This document shows, piece by piece, positions 52,393 to 61,760 of a stretch of DNA of 64,000 bases; position 1 is the stretch's first letter, and the number at the start of each line of letters is the position of its first letter. Origin of the DNA: an uncultured Eubacteriales bacterium (GTDB lineage Bacteria > Bacillota > Clostridia > Christensenellales > UBA1242). Both the position numbers and the translations under genes were made by a program. Under the pieces are notes generated by a model. It saw only the letters and a list, made by a program, of their open reading frames with translations, was not told the origin of the DNA and searched no databases. The DNA is taken from contig CASDSK010000043.1 in NCBI GenBank assembly GCA_949283525.1, forward strand, positions 1,113-65,112, in the 5' to 3' direction.

Positions 52393-52398
52393 TTAGTT

Positions 52399-52968
52399 TT
52401 ACATCCATAACCTAGATTTAAGATACATACGTTTAGTAGGTATTTTCGCACTCTCAATGCAATCTTTATATCTTCTATCATATATAGAAGCCTCGTTTAA
52501 TTTTCCCCTAATTAAACAAAATTCTGAAACTACACCCAAAGCCACCATTCTTTCAGTAACACCCAAATCACTACACTCGACTTCGTCATTTACACTTTGT
52601 GCTAAGTTAGGAAGATAACTATACCTAACAATTATTTCTTTTGTGCTTTCATTCAAGCGAACATATTTTGAATAAACTTCATATTTTAATATATTTCTAT
52701 TAGTGTCAGTAATAGTGTATAATCTGCTAATGTCTTTGTCTAAATCATCAAAATAAAAACAATTTTCATTAAGATTTACTTTTTCTTCTATTACAAGTGG
52801 AAAATAATCACAACACAATTCTTGATAAACTTCATTAAAACAATACAATAAAATGTCAAGTAATTTCTTGGAATTTTCATCTAAGTTATCTACATTAGAC
52901 ATATCCAAAAGTTCATCAATGCCTAACATAGTGGATGCCGACTTAATAATGTTTTTTACATTTAACAT
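52399..52968 (-). CDS. phage structural-position protein (head-tail adaptor candidate, by position only)
   Basis: 189 aa, third ORF downstream of the capsid gene (after the 101-aa ORF). Confidence 0.4.
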   Translation of the reverse strand: MLNVKNIIKSASTMLGIDELLDMSNVDNLDENSKKLLDILLYCFNEVYQELCCDYFPLVIEEKVNLNENCFYFDDLDKDISRLYTITDTNRNILKYEVYSKYVRLNESTKEIIVRYSYLPNLAQSVNDEVECSDLGVTERMVALGVVSEFCLIRGKLNEASIYDRRYKDCIESAKIPTKRMYLKSRLWM

Positions 52969-52977
52969 TTTGTCCTC

Positions 52978-53283
52978 CTAAATTTCAACATTTTGCATAA
53001 TTTTATCAAATAATTTTGAATTTTCATTTTTTTCTAAATTTTGATTATCTAATTCCATTTGTTTAATTAATTTCTCAAAATTTTCTTTACGAGTCATATA
53101 AACTTTTCTTAATAATCTTTCATCTAGTGGTTTATCCCAAGTAACCTCAACTTTTTCATTAAGGCCATATGTTTTAACCACTTCAAATCTGTGTTTTTTG
53201 TGATTTCTATAAACTTTATATAAATAATCTATACTTTTAATTCTGTTTACAATATCTAAAACATCGTCTTTAATTTCAGTCAT
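52978..53283 (-). CDS. small phage protein
   Basis: The ATG at 53283 lies 4 nt after AGGAG. 101 aa. The track start at 53316 is TTG. Confidence 0.4.
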   Translation of the reverse strand: MTEIKDDVLDIVNRIKSIDYLYKVYRNHKKHRFEVVKTYGLNEKVEVTWDKPLDERLLRKVYMTRKENFEKLIKQMELDNQNLEKNENSKLFDKIMQNVEI

Positions 53284-53343
53284 AAAACTCCTTTTTTGAA
53301 AATTACCATATACCAATTTCTTGATATATGGTAATTCTTAATA

Positions 53344-54531
53344 TTATTCTACAGGTATATTGATTAAAGCACCTTGTCCAGCAGGATGATCACAAATAAG
53401 TTCTGCGTATTTAACTAATGTTGCAGTATATACTGGTTTACCAGCAACTTGTTTTAAAACCTTACCGTTTTCACCTTCAAGCCAACGCCAATCACAGAGT
53501 TGATGCAATGTAAAGTCTTTTGTATTTAACATATACATTTCTCCGTCCCTGACAAATCTATCAGAAATTAAAGGTATTCCGTTAAAACTAATTGCTTTAT
53601 AACCACCTTCTAATTGCATAACATCAATATTTGTTCTAAAAGAATTTAAATATTCTTGATATTTTCTTTTAACTGATGAAGAACATACTATGAAATCTAT
53701 TTCACTGCCATAATATTCATTTAGTTCGTCAACCATTTTTTGCATAACAATATCAGTTAATTCACTAATAGAGTCATTTCTCAAAGGATTCATAAAACTG
53801 TAATTGTTTCTGTCAAGTCCATATAATTCAGAATTATCTCCAGCAAATATTTTGCCAAGTCCTGTAATTTCCTTATTATAAGAATTTTGAACAGTTAATA
53901 CTATATTAGAATCTTCGCCATCTGTTTGACAAAATTCTTCAACATTTTTGTCAAAATAAACTATTTTACCATTTCTATCTATAGAAGTAATTCTAGCAGT
54001 TGCTACAGTTGTTCCAATAGTAGCAAATTTTGAAATGTCTACTACCATACCTTCCATTAAATTTTTAACAGAGTCTACAATACAACTATTGTTAACGCCT
54101 GTATTTCTTGAACCAAGTGCAAGAAGTCCAGAACCATCACCATATAACATTCTACCAAAATTAAATTGACTTGCCTTAACTAGCCCTTCCATTTCAGCAT
54201 TCAAAAGGTTTACAAATGCACCTGCTGAATTGCTTGAAGCACGAATTGCTTTATCACTTAATTCAATAGTCCCAAATAAGTTTTTGAGAGTTGATGTAAA
54301 TGTAATGTAATTGTTTTGTGCAGAAGTAGGCAAACTTCCATCTTCATCACCTGCTCCTATACCACCATTAATTCCAACTGGTGCTAATTTTTTTACTTCT
54401 TTTCCCCATACATCTGCAGTTGATTGCTTTATTTTATTAAATAAGGGATTTGTTTTAGTATTTAATTGATTTGATACTACACCTAAATACAAAGTTTTTA
54501 GTGCGTTTTCAGCCGTTTCTAAAGTAACCAT
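53344..54531 (-). CDS. major capsid protein (HK97-fold type)
   Basis: 395 aa, immediately after the scaffold gene. The sequence resembles phage major capsid families (..LSDKAIRASS..., GGYKAISFNGIPLISDRF...). Confidence 0.75.
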   Translation of the reverse strand: MVTLETAENALKTLYLGVVSNQLNTKTNPLFNKIKQSTADVWGKEVKKLAPVGINGGIGAGDEDGSLPTSAQNNYITFTSTLKNLFGTIELSDKAIRASSNSAGAFVNLLNAEMEGLVKASQFNFGRMLYGDGSGLLALGSRNTGVNNSCIVDSVKNLMEGMVVDISKFATIGTTVATARITSIDRNGKIVYFDKNVEEFCQTDGEDSNIVLTVQNSYNKEITGLGKIFAGDNSELYGLDRNNYSFMNPLRNDSISELTDIVMQKMVDELNEYYGSEIDFIVCSSSVKRKYQEYLNSFRTNIDVMQLEGGYKAISFNGIPLISDRFVRDGEMYMLNTKDFTLHQLCDWRWLEGENGKVLKQVAGKPVYTATLVKYAELICDHPAGQGALINIPVE

Positions 54532-54590
54532 TTTTGTCTCCTTTAATTATTCTTTGCACTACCTTAAACGTTCGACTATGGATACTAGAT

Positions 54591-55403
54591 TTATTTATTT
54601 AGCCATTTATTCATTATATTTGCTACTTCGTCTAACGTTGTTGGCATATTTGGAGTGGATGCCACCATATTTGCTCCATAGGTGTTGACCATAAGTGGTG
54701 GCACTACTCCTTTTGTGCAATTATTGATATATTCATTTATAATTTTTTCTTTTATTATTTCATTAGAATTGACAAGTTCAAATAAATATTCATTAGAACT
54801 TAATTTTTTTTCATTATCTTCCACTCTATCTTTCATAACATCATAAACAGCCAATGTTAGCCCAAATTTATCATTAATGAATTTTTTATCGTCTACAAAT
54901 TTTTGTGCTATTTTTTGTATTAAATCTTGGTCTTGATTATGTATTTTAGAATATTCTTCAAACTTATCAATAACTTTATAGTCATTTATTTCATTACTAA
55001 CATTATCATTACTATTACTTTCATCTGTAATGTCTAAATGTGTAGTTTTTGAATTGTTAAAGTTCATAACGCGTTTCAAATTAGCAAGTTCTTGACTTTT
55101 ACGCGTAAATTCAGCCTGCAAAGATTTGTATGCGTTTTCTAGCATTTCTACGCTATCGAACTTCCCTAATATGTGGTTGTTTTGTAAATTATCTTCCCAA
55201 AGAGTATCTTGCTCCACATCTGTCGCTATAGAATTATCATTGGATGCTTGTATACTTTTGTCATCTACCTTATTTATTTCTACATTATCTTCGACTTTTA
55301 TTGTTTTAACCTTCTCAAGTCTCGCTTTAGGTTCTTCATTCTCAAAATTCACGTTAGGTTCTATGCGGTCGCTTTTGACGATTGTCGCATCAATATTATC
55401 CAT
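54591..55403 (-). CDS. capsid scaffolding protein
   Basis: 270 aa, acidic. GKFDSVEMLENAYKSLQAEF motif is typical of scaffold proteins. Lies between portal and capsid. Confidence 0.6.
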   Translation of the reverse strand: MDNIDATIVKSDRIEPNVNFENEEPKARLEKVKTIKVEDNVEINKVDDKSIQASNDNSIATDVEQDTLWEDNLQNNHILGKFDSVEMLENAYKSLQAEFTRKSQELANLKRVMNFNNSKTTHLDITDESNSNDNVSNEINDYKVIDKFEEYSKIHNQDQDLIQKIAQKFVDDKKFINDKFGLTLAVYDVMKDRVEDNEKKLSSNEYLFELVNSNEIIKEKIINEYINNCTKGVVPPLMVNTYGANMVASTPNMPTTLDEVANIMNKWLNK

Positions 55404-55412
55404 AATATCCTC

Positions 55413-57296
55413 CTATACTATTGTTAAGTTGTTTTGGGTCAATTTGTCTTTATGGCTTTGTATATGCTTTAACAACATTTCTTTAACATTTTGATGTTCT
55501 TTATTGCTATCATCAATTGTATCAGTTAACAAAAATGCAGTATGTTCTACAACGTGTATATTATGGTCATCTATGTCTTCAACCATCGGTTCTTTATTAT
55601 TATTTAAACATTCAATATTTTCTTTTTGTGCTTTATTCCTTTGTAGCGTAGAAATATCTTGCCCTTGCTCCCAAATACCATATCCTAATAACTCTAAAAT
55701 TTTTGAACGCATACGATTATTAATATTTCCATTTTCGTCAGCCAATAAGCCAGCATTTAATAATTCAAAAATCATACTTCTTCTCTGTGCTATGGTTTCC
55801 GTCAATTCATTTTCCGTTTCAAAGACTATGTCTTCACTGCTTATATCACTTGAATTAAAATAAAATAATTCTACTTCACGATTGTCGCCACCTATAATTC
55901 TACCTATGCGTTTTGTTTGAACAAATTGTTTATAAAGCCTTAATATATGCTTACCTACATTTTTTATTGCAGAACGTATTTCTTCTGCACTTGTAGTTAA
56001 TTTAGCATCATCTTGTTCTATGAGTAATTGTAAAGCAGTACCACTCATATTAGCATATGTAGATATGGCACTTGTTAAATCTGACAAGCCAGATAAAATA
56101 GTCATTTGATTCATTATTCTATCTTCTTCATTAGAGAAATCACTTGGTAGTCCACCTGAAGCCATAAATATAGGTGGAGTCGCACCTTGCCTATAAACTA
56201 ATATTTTACCAGGGCGTATTCCTTCTTCTTCAAGATTATCAGTGTCTACACTTCCGTCTTCAACTGCCAAAATGCCTTGTGCAATTCTATTCATAAATTC
56301 ATATTTTCTATTTTTTGTAGCATTTAATGCCCTTTGTAAAGGTATTATTCTATTTATAATACAAGTCCCAAAGAAATTATTTGATTGCTCTTGAGAAATT
56401 TGTCTAACAAATGGTATACTTCTTTTTTTGTCTTCACCATTTTCAAAAGGTAAATCTCCATTATACAATAATTTATTGCCAGCAATAATGATAAGTCTTC
56501 CATTTTTGTATAGACTACTAGGTCTTTCATAGTATTCTAAAACAATAGCGTGATTTTTCTTAGTTGTTTTGATAATGCTTGTATTTAATGAAGTATAATT
56601 ATACGCACCAACATTCTCAATAGAATCACAGGATATTACATCAATATCTTCACCTTTGACATCTACTCCCCAATTTTGTTTTATAACATCTACGTGATAT
56701 GCTCTAGCGTGTATTATAGAACGACAATCTTCTATGCTTTCACATGCAATATTGTCTGGATAAATTTCAAATGGTGGACAAACGCTAATATCTACATCGC
56801 CTTCTTTGATACTTTCACCTTTATCGTTAATTCCTATCACACGGCCACTATCACTATTCCATACAATTTTATAAAATGCAGTACCACACAATTCACTCCA
56901 TTTAGTCGCTTTGGCTATAATTCTTGATAAATTGCATTTATGGTCAATAGAATTAAGTATACTTTTACTAACTTTAGCAGATTTAATGTCCTTTTCTTCG
57001 CTAGTGCTAGGTAAAACAGTCATTTGTGGTCTAACACGTGCCAATTTAGCAAGTCTACTTTCATACATAGATGCCAAATAATTATATACTTGATTTTCTT
57101 GCCATTCATATTCTTTTGTAATGCCACAAGTATTGCCAAAATTATCTACAGTGCAGAATTGATTACCCACAACAAAATTCGCATTAATTTGCCACTGACG
57201 TTCGAAAGGTTTCCTTTCTACTTTGCGTTGTTCAAAATCTTCAAGAATATCAGCGACTAATTGTTTTTCATCAATATTAATTTTCTTTTTCATCAT
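55413..57296 (-). CDS. portal protein
   Basis: 627 aa, located between terminase and scaffold. Size and position are typical of a portal. Confidence 0.65.
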   Translation of the reverse strand: MMKKKINIDEKQLVADILEDFEQRKVERKPFERQWQINANFVVGNQFCTVDNFGNTCGITKEYEWQENQVYNYLASMYESRLAKLARVRPQMTVLPSTSEEKDIKSAKVSKSILNSIDHKCNLSRIIAKATKWSELCGTAFYKIVWNSDSGRVIGINDKGESIKEGDVDISVCPPFEIYPDNIACESIEDCRSIIHARAYHVDVIKQNWGVDVKGEDIDVISCDSIENVGAYNYTSLNTSIIKTTKKNHAIVLEYYERPSSLYKNGRLIIIAGNKLLYNGDLPFENGEDKKRSIPFVRQISQEQSNNFFGTCIINRIIPLQRALNATKNRKYEFMNRIAQGILAVEDGSVDTDNLEEEGIRPGKILVYRQGATPPIFMASGGLPSDFSNEEDRIMNQMTILSGLSDLTSAISTYANMSGTALQLLIEQDDAKLTTSAEEIRSAIKNVGKHILRLYKQFVQTKRIGRIIGGDNREVELFYFNSSDISSEDIVFETENELTETIAQRRSMIFELLNAGLLADENGNINNRMRSKILELLGYGIWEQGQDISTLQRNKAQKENIECLNNNKEPMVEDIDDHNIHVVEHTAFLLTDTIDDSNKEHQNVKEMLLKHIQSHKDKLTQNNLTIV

Positions 57297-57480
57297 TTTT
57301 CACCTTATTTGACTTAGATTTAACGCTTTTGTAAGCCTTAGTCATTTCCTCTAAACATTGTGAACATATACACATTTGCGTTTTGATATCATTTTCATTA
57401 TACAAAACTGCATAATTAGCAATTCTTTTGCAACCTTTAATATCACATTGTCTTATAAATAATAACTTTTTAATAACCAT
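57277..57480 (-). CDS. small Cys4 zinc-ribbon-like protein
   Basis: 67 aa. C-x4-C ... C-x-C-x2-C (CDIKGC...CICSQC). Overlaps the portal start by 20 nt. Confidence 0.4.
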   Translation of the reverse strand: MVIKKLLFIRQCDIKGCKRIANYAVLYNENDIKTQMCICSQCLEEMTKAYKSVKSKSNKVKNDEKEN

Positions 57481-57482
57481 AA

Positions 57483-57767
57483 TTATTTCTCCTTTTTCTC
57501 TAAATTCAAAAGTTGTTTTAGTAATCTTTGTTTCTCTTTCTCAAGTTCTTCATCACTTAACTCTTCGTACAAAGTATCTCCAAACAATAATTTATATGCC
57601 TCTACGTCAGGTGGTAAATATTTTGTAGTAATTCTTTTTTTTTGTAATTGCAACTGTCCTAAATTTTCATCTACCACATATTCTTCAGTTATTTCGATAG
57701 ATTTAAACCCTTTGGCTAAACTATAAATAGCGTCTTGGGCTTTGTCTAAATTTGTTTTACTAGGCAT
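57483..57767 (-). CDS. small phage protein (possible displaced small-terminase-like or accessory protein)
   Basis: 94 aa. Overlaps the terL stop by 8 nt. Confidence 0.35.
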   Translation of the reverse strand: MPSKTNLDKAQDAIYSLAKGFKSIEITEEYVVDENLGQLQLQKKRITTKYLPPDVEAYKLLFGDTLYEELSDEELEKEKQRLLKQLLNLEKKEK

Positions 57768-59193
57768 TTTGCCACCTCATCTGTTTTAATTTTCTATATA
57801 ATCTTTCCTTATCTTTTGTTATTTCACTTTTGACTGTTGGCAGTCTAGGTATGTCTGGTTTAGAACACAAATAATATCTTAATTCATCTAAGGCGTGGTC
57901 ATCTTTTTTGATTGGAGTATCACCATTTGACCACCAGTAACGTTTAATTTCGTCAATTAAATGTACGCAAGTCCTAAATATAAATAAATGTGATTTACCG
58001 TTAGCATCTTTAAGATAAGATTTTACTCTATTTATTCCTGTAAATAATTCTTTATTGACTTTGGGGTTAACTAAAATTCCATTGTCATAAAAAAGTTCAA
58101 CCACATTTTTTTCGCTTGCTAAAGTTCTAGCAGTTGCAGCACTGTCAATTAAACTTTCAAGCATACCATTACTATTTCTTTTCCAATTAAGTGATTTGGC
58201 AATTTTATTTATTTCTTTTGAATGAGTCGCAACATCAAGATTACTTGCATAATGCTCTGCTACAACATATACATTACCATCAAAGTCTACTGCGTAAAAA
58301 TGACAAGATAATGGGTTATGTAATCCGGGGTCAATAGAAATATTGTCCTGCCATTGATAAGGAATTTCAAAAGGGTCAATAACGTGTATATTTTCATTAA
58401 ATTCCGTATACACAAGCCCTTCATTACATTGAAATCGGCCATACCTTCTTGACTCTAGTTCTTTTTTGTCAAGCGTTTTTGAAAGTTCATCAATAGATTT
58501 TTTGTCTAAATACGGGTTGTCTGCCCATTCCATAAATTCACACCAAATGCTATCATCATAAGTACTCGCTTTATATATTTTCTCATACACCCAAGTAAGT
58601 CCTTTAAGTGGTGTCATAGTGCCGAACATATCTCCATTTTTATCAAATACTCTCATTTTACATTCGTCATAAATATCCTCAGGTGGTTCTTCGTCAAACC
58701 ATACAAAATCTAATGATGCACCTTGAAACTTTTCTCTTCCTTGGTCGCAAGACTTAAAACCTATTGTGCTTGTCCCACCTAATTCATTTCGCACTATTAT
58801 TTGGTCAATAACTCCACGAGAAGGCGAAGTTTTTTTGCCCTGTTGCATTGTGATATCTATAATATCTCGTGGGCTTAAATAATGTAGAATTTTTTTTTGT
58901 GCTACATCTCTTTGAACCTGCGTAGACAAGGAAACTACCCAACCATTAACATTTGTTTTATTTTTTCTATAAGGGTGTATGCCACGTGCTAGATATACAC
59001 ATTCCACTGCACCACATTCAGTTTTGCCACTTCTATTACCACCAAACACCCAACGATTTTTGCTAGTGTTTTTGTGAAATGCTATTTGTTTTAAATGTAT
59101 TTTATCTACATTATAATATTTCAAAGCACTTTCACGATTTTTTAATTCTTTCTCAATATTTAATATATTTTTGACTATAGATTTTTCATTCAC
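57760..59193 (-). CDS. terL: terminase large subunit
   Basis: GTG start after GAGGA. Walker A GGNRSGKTE, Walker B DFVWFDEEPP, C-terminal nuclease-type region (DDHALDELRY). Confidence 0.85.
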   Translation of the reverse strand: MNEKSIVKNILNIEKELKNRESALKYYNVDKIHLKQIAFHKNTSKNRWVFGGNRSGKTECGAVECVYLARGIHPYRKNKTNVNGWVVSLSTQVQRDVAQKKILHYLSPRDIIDITMQQGKKTSPSRGVIDQIIVRNELGGTSTIGFKSCDQGREKFQGASLDFVWFDEEPPEDIYDECKMRVFDKNGDMFGTMTPLKGLTWVYEKIYKASTYDDSIWCEFMEWADNPYLDKKSIDELSKTLDKKELESRRYGRFQCNEGLVYTEFNENIHVIDPFEIPYQWQDNISIDPGLHNPLSCHFYAVDFDGNVYVVAEHYASNLDVATHSKEINKIAKSLNWKRNSNGMLESLIDSAATARTLASEKNVVELFYDNGILVNPKVNKELFTGINRVKSYLKDANGKSHLFIFRTCVHLIDEIKRYWWSNGDTPIKKDDHALDELRYYLCSKPDIPRLPTVKSEITKDKERLYRKLKQMRWQNA

Positions 59194-59337
59194 AATTTCC
59201 TCGCTTATATTTTCGACTTAAGTATACAAAATATTATTAAACTTATCATAAAATCTACAAACTTACCATAAATTAAAATTGTATTAAACATTTAAATAAT
59301 TTATAATTATCTTGGCAGTCAATGTATAAAGGTGATT

Positions 59338-59661
59338 ATGACAAAATTTATTTATTCATTTTTGTTACTGTTAATATTGCCAATAGCGATTCATTCAATC
59401 AAACTTTGTCCAACAACTTTAACGACTTATGAGGTCGTTGTAGAAAATAATGAACAAAAAGTTGAAGAAAATTATAAAACTTTAGGTCTAAAATTATATC
59501 TAATAGTTTTATTAATAACTATGCCAATATTGACAGTTGTACTTATTCTTATAATTCCTAAGAAAACTGACAATCTCCTTGCAGTCGATTTGAGCAAAAA
59601 AAAGAAAACAAAAATTAATTTAGGTTTAAAAAAATCTAAGTATGATGATGATAATTTATAA
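59338..59661 (+). CDS. small secreted/membrane protein on the opposite strand (moron-like)
   Basis: Signal-like FIYSFLLLLILPIAIHS plus a second TM LYLIVLLITMPILTVVLILII, and a basic tail. Confidence 0.45.
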   Translation: MTKFIYSFLLLLILPIAIHSIKLCPTTLTTYEVVVENNEQKVEENYKTLGLKLYLIVLLITMPILTVVLILIIPKKTDNLLAVDLSKKKKTKINLGLKKSKYDDDNL

Positions 59662-59669
59662 AAAACCTC

Positions 59670-60146
59670 CTAAATTGCAGTCTTATTCAATTTCTCGCTA
59701 TAATGCTCATAAGCTGTTTTTATGTAATTAATTTTATAAAAATCACAATTACAAAACTCTTCAAAATAAGAACTCTTCTCTAAATACGGTAAAATTTTTT
59801 TTGGCATTGACTGCACTAACCTATACGCCTGCATTTTGTTGATTTTAAGCATATCAGCAATGGCAGGTGTTTTTATTTTTTGCACAAAATATAAGTCGAA
59901 AATTTTTCTTTCCTTTTTGTCAAGTTTGTCTACAGCATTTGTTATTATTCTTTTGATGTTGTATAAAATACTCTTTGTTTCCATTAAATCAATAATATTG
60001 CTTGCTAATTTTTGAACACCACAATTAACATCAAGATAATAAGAATTTATCGCCTTATTTTGTATGCTATGATTAATATTAAAAATGAGATTGTCCAAGT
60101 CTTTGTATTTTTTTAGCATAGTATAAACCATAATTGTCTTGTCCAT
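59670..60146 (-). CDS. sigma-70 region-4-like / ArpU-RinA-type late-gene regulator (putative)
   Basis: 158 aa. LDKKERKIFDLYFVQKIKTPAIADMLKINKMQAYRLVQ resembles the sigma region 4 HTH. AGGAG RBS. Confidence 0.5.
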   Translation of the reverse strand: MDKTIMVYTMLKKYKDLDNLIFNINHSIQNKAINSYYLDVNCGVQKLASNIIDLMETKSILYNIKRIITNAVDKLDKKERKIFDLYFVQKIKTPAIADMLKINKMQAYRLVQSMPKKILPYLEKSSYFEEFCNCDFYKINYIKTAYEHYSEKLNKTAI

Positions 60147-60363
60147 ATTTACTCCTTTTTTTTAAATTATTAGAAAATTTGTTCTAATTTTTAAACTTTT
60201 TAAACGACACATAGGAATGTGCCGTAAACTTTTTATCTTTTGTGTAAAACAACGCCTCTAGCAATTTGTTGTTTTCGACTATATTATAGCACGCATATTT
60301 TAGCATATGCAAGCAAAATTTCTTTTTTTTGTAAAATTTTGGTGATTTTTTGTAAAATAATTG

Positions 60364-60395
60364 CCAAAAAGTGAGATAAATACTACACTTTTTGG
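60364..60395 (-). terminator. hairpin downstream of obg (possible terminator)
   Basis: CCAAAAAGTG-N12-CACTTTTTGG, perfect 10-bp arms. Confidence 0.4.
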
Positions 60396-60474
60396 CTAAA
60401 AAAAATTTTAAAAATTTTTTATAAATTTTATAATATTACTGTATTTATATTCAAAAATTTTAGAATTATGACAA

Positions 60475-61734
60475 TTATTCTAGAGTGAATTCTACTCCAC
60501 CTAAATGAATTGTATCCCCTACTTTAGCACCATTTTGATAGAGTGCGTCTTCTATTCCTTCTTCTTTGATACGTTTGTTAAAATAAGAAAAAGATTCATA
60601 ATCAAAAATATTAACGCCACGAATTATATTATCAATTAGGCTACCTTCTACTATAAATGAACCGTCGTCATCTCTTCTTATAGTATAAGTTAGTTCTTCT
60701 TTGGCATCAAAGTCAAATTCTTCTATTTGTTCTGGCTCGATTTTTGGTAAAGTTTTAAGCAATTCAAATACATTTTTGAATAGATTGTCAATACCTTTGT
60801 GAGTAAAAGCAGATATTTCTACACAAGGTGCTTTAACTTGCTTTTTGAAATTTTCAATTGGTTCTCTATTATCACCCAATATATCACACTTATTTAATGC
60901 TATTATTTGTGGTCTTTCTAATAATTTAGGAGAATATGAACCTAATTCATTATTAATTAAATTATAATCATCAATAGGATTTCTTCCCTCGCTTCCAGAA
61001 ATATCAACAACGTGCACAATTAATCTAGTACGTTCAATGTGTCTTAAAAATTCGTGGCCTAAACCTGCACCTTCACTAGCACCTTCTATTAAACCAGGGA
61101 TATCTGCCACTACGCAACTAGAATCATAATATTTAACTACCCCCAAATTTGGAGCCAAAGTGGTAAAGTGATAGTTGGCTATCTTTGGCTTAGCATCTGA
61201 AATAGCAGACAACAAAGTAGATTTACCAACATTAGGAAAGCCTACAAGTCCAACATCTGCAATTGTTTTTAATTCTAATATTACTTCTCTTTCTTTAGTA
61301 ATAATACCCTTTTGTGCAAAGTTTGGGGCTTGTCTTCGTGCTGTAGCAAAATTTTGGTTTCCTTTACCACCATTACCACCTTTTAATAAAGTAAACTTTT
61401 GACCTTCCTCAAACATATCAACAATAACTTTATTAGTTTCAGCATCAAGCACAACGCAACCACAAGGAACTTTAATTATTACATCTTTCCCGTCTGCTCC
61501 CGTACAGTGATTTTTTCCACCGTTTTCGCCATTACCTGCACGAAAATGTTTTTGAAATTTAAAGTCTACTAAGGTATTAACATCTCTATTAGCAATCAAA
61601 ATTATGTCGCCACCATTTCCACCATCGCCACCATCGGGGCCACCATTTTGTGTAAACTTATCTCTATAGAATGATACTATACCATCACCGCCATTACCGG
61701 CTTTAACAACAATTTTAGCCCTATCAATGAACAT
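60475..61734 (-). CDS. obg: GTPase Obg/CgtA
   Basis: Gly-rich Obg fold (GGDGGNGGD), G1 GFPNVGKST, DIPGLIEGAS, NKCD, and a C-terminal TGS-like domain. Confidence 0.95.
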   Translation of the reverse strand: MFIDRAKIVVKAGNGGDGIVSFYRDKFTQNGGPDGGDGGNGGDIILIANRDVNTLVDFKFQKHFRAGNGENGGKNHCTGADGKDVIIKVPCGCVVLDAETNKVIVDMFEEGQKFTLLKGGNGGKGNQNFATARRQAPNFAQKGIITKEREVILELKTIADVGLVGFPNVGKSTLLSAISDAKPKIANYHFTTLAPNLGVVKYYDSSCVVADIPGLIEGASEGAGLGHEFLRHIERTRLIVHVVDISGSEGRNPIDDYNLINNELGSYSPKLLERPQIIALNKCDILGDNREPIENFKKQVKAPCVEISAFTHKGIDNLFKNVFELLKTLPKIEPEQIEEFDFDAKEELTYTIRRDDDGSFIVEGSLIDNIIRGVNIFDYESFSYFNKRIKEEGIEDALYQNGAKVGDTIHLGGVEFTLE

Positions 61735-61760
61735 ATCTTCTCCTTGTCATTTTGTTATTA

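Larger units (their letters stand above)
48974..60146 (-). mobile_element. phage-derived packaging/head/short-tail/holin gene block without lysogeny, replication, long-tail or endolysin genes
   Basis: See the individual CDS entries. Bounded by rnj plus a membrane protein on one side and obg on the other. Confidence 0.7.
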
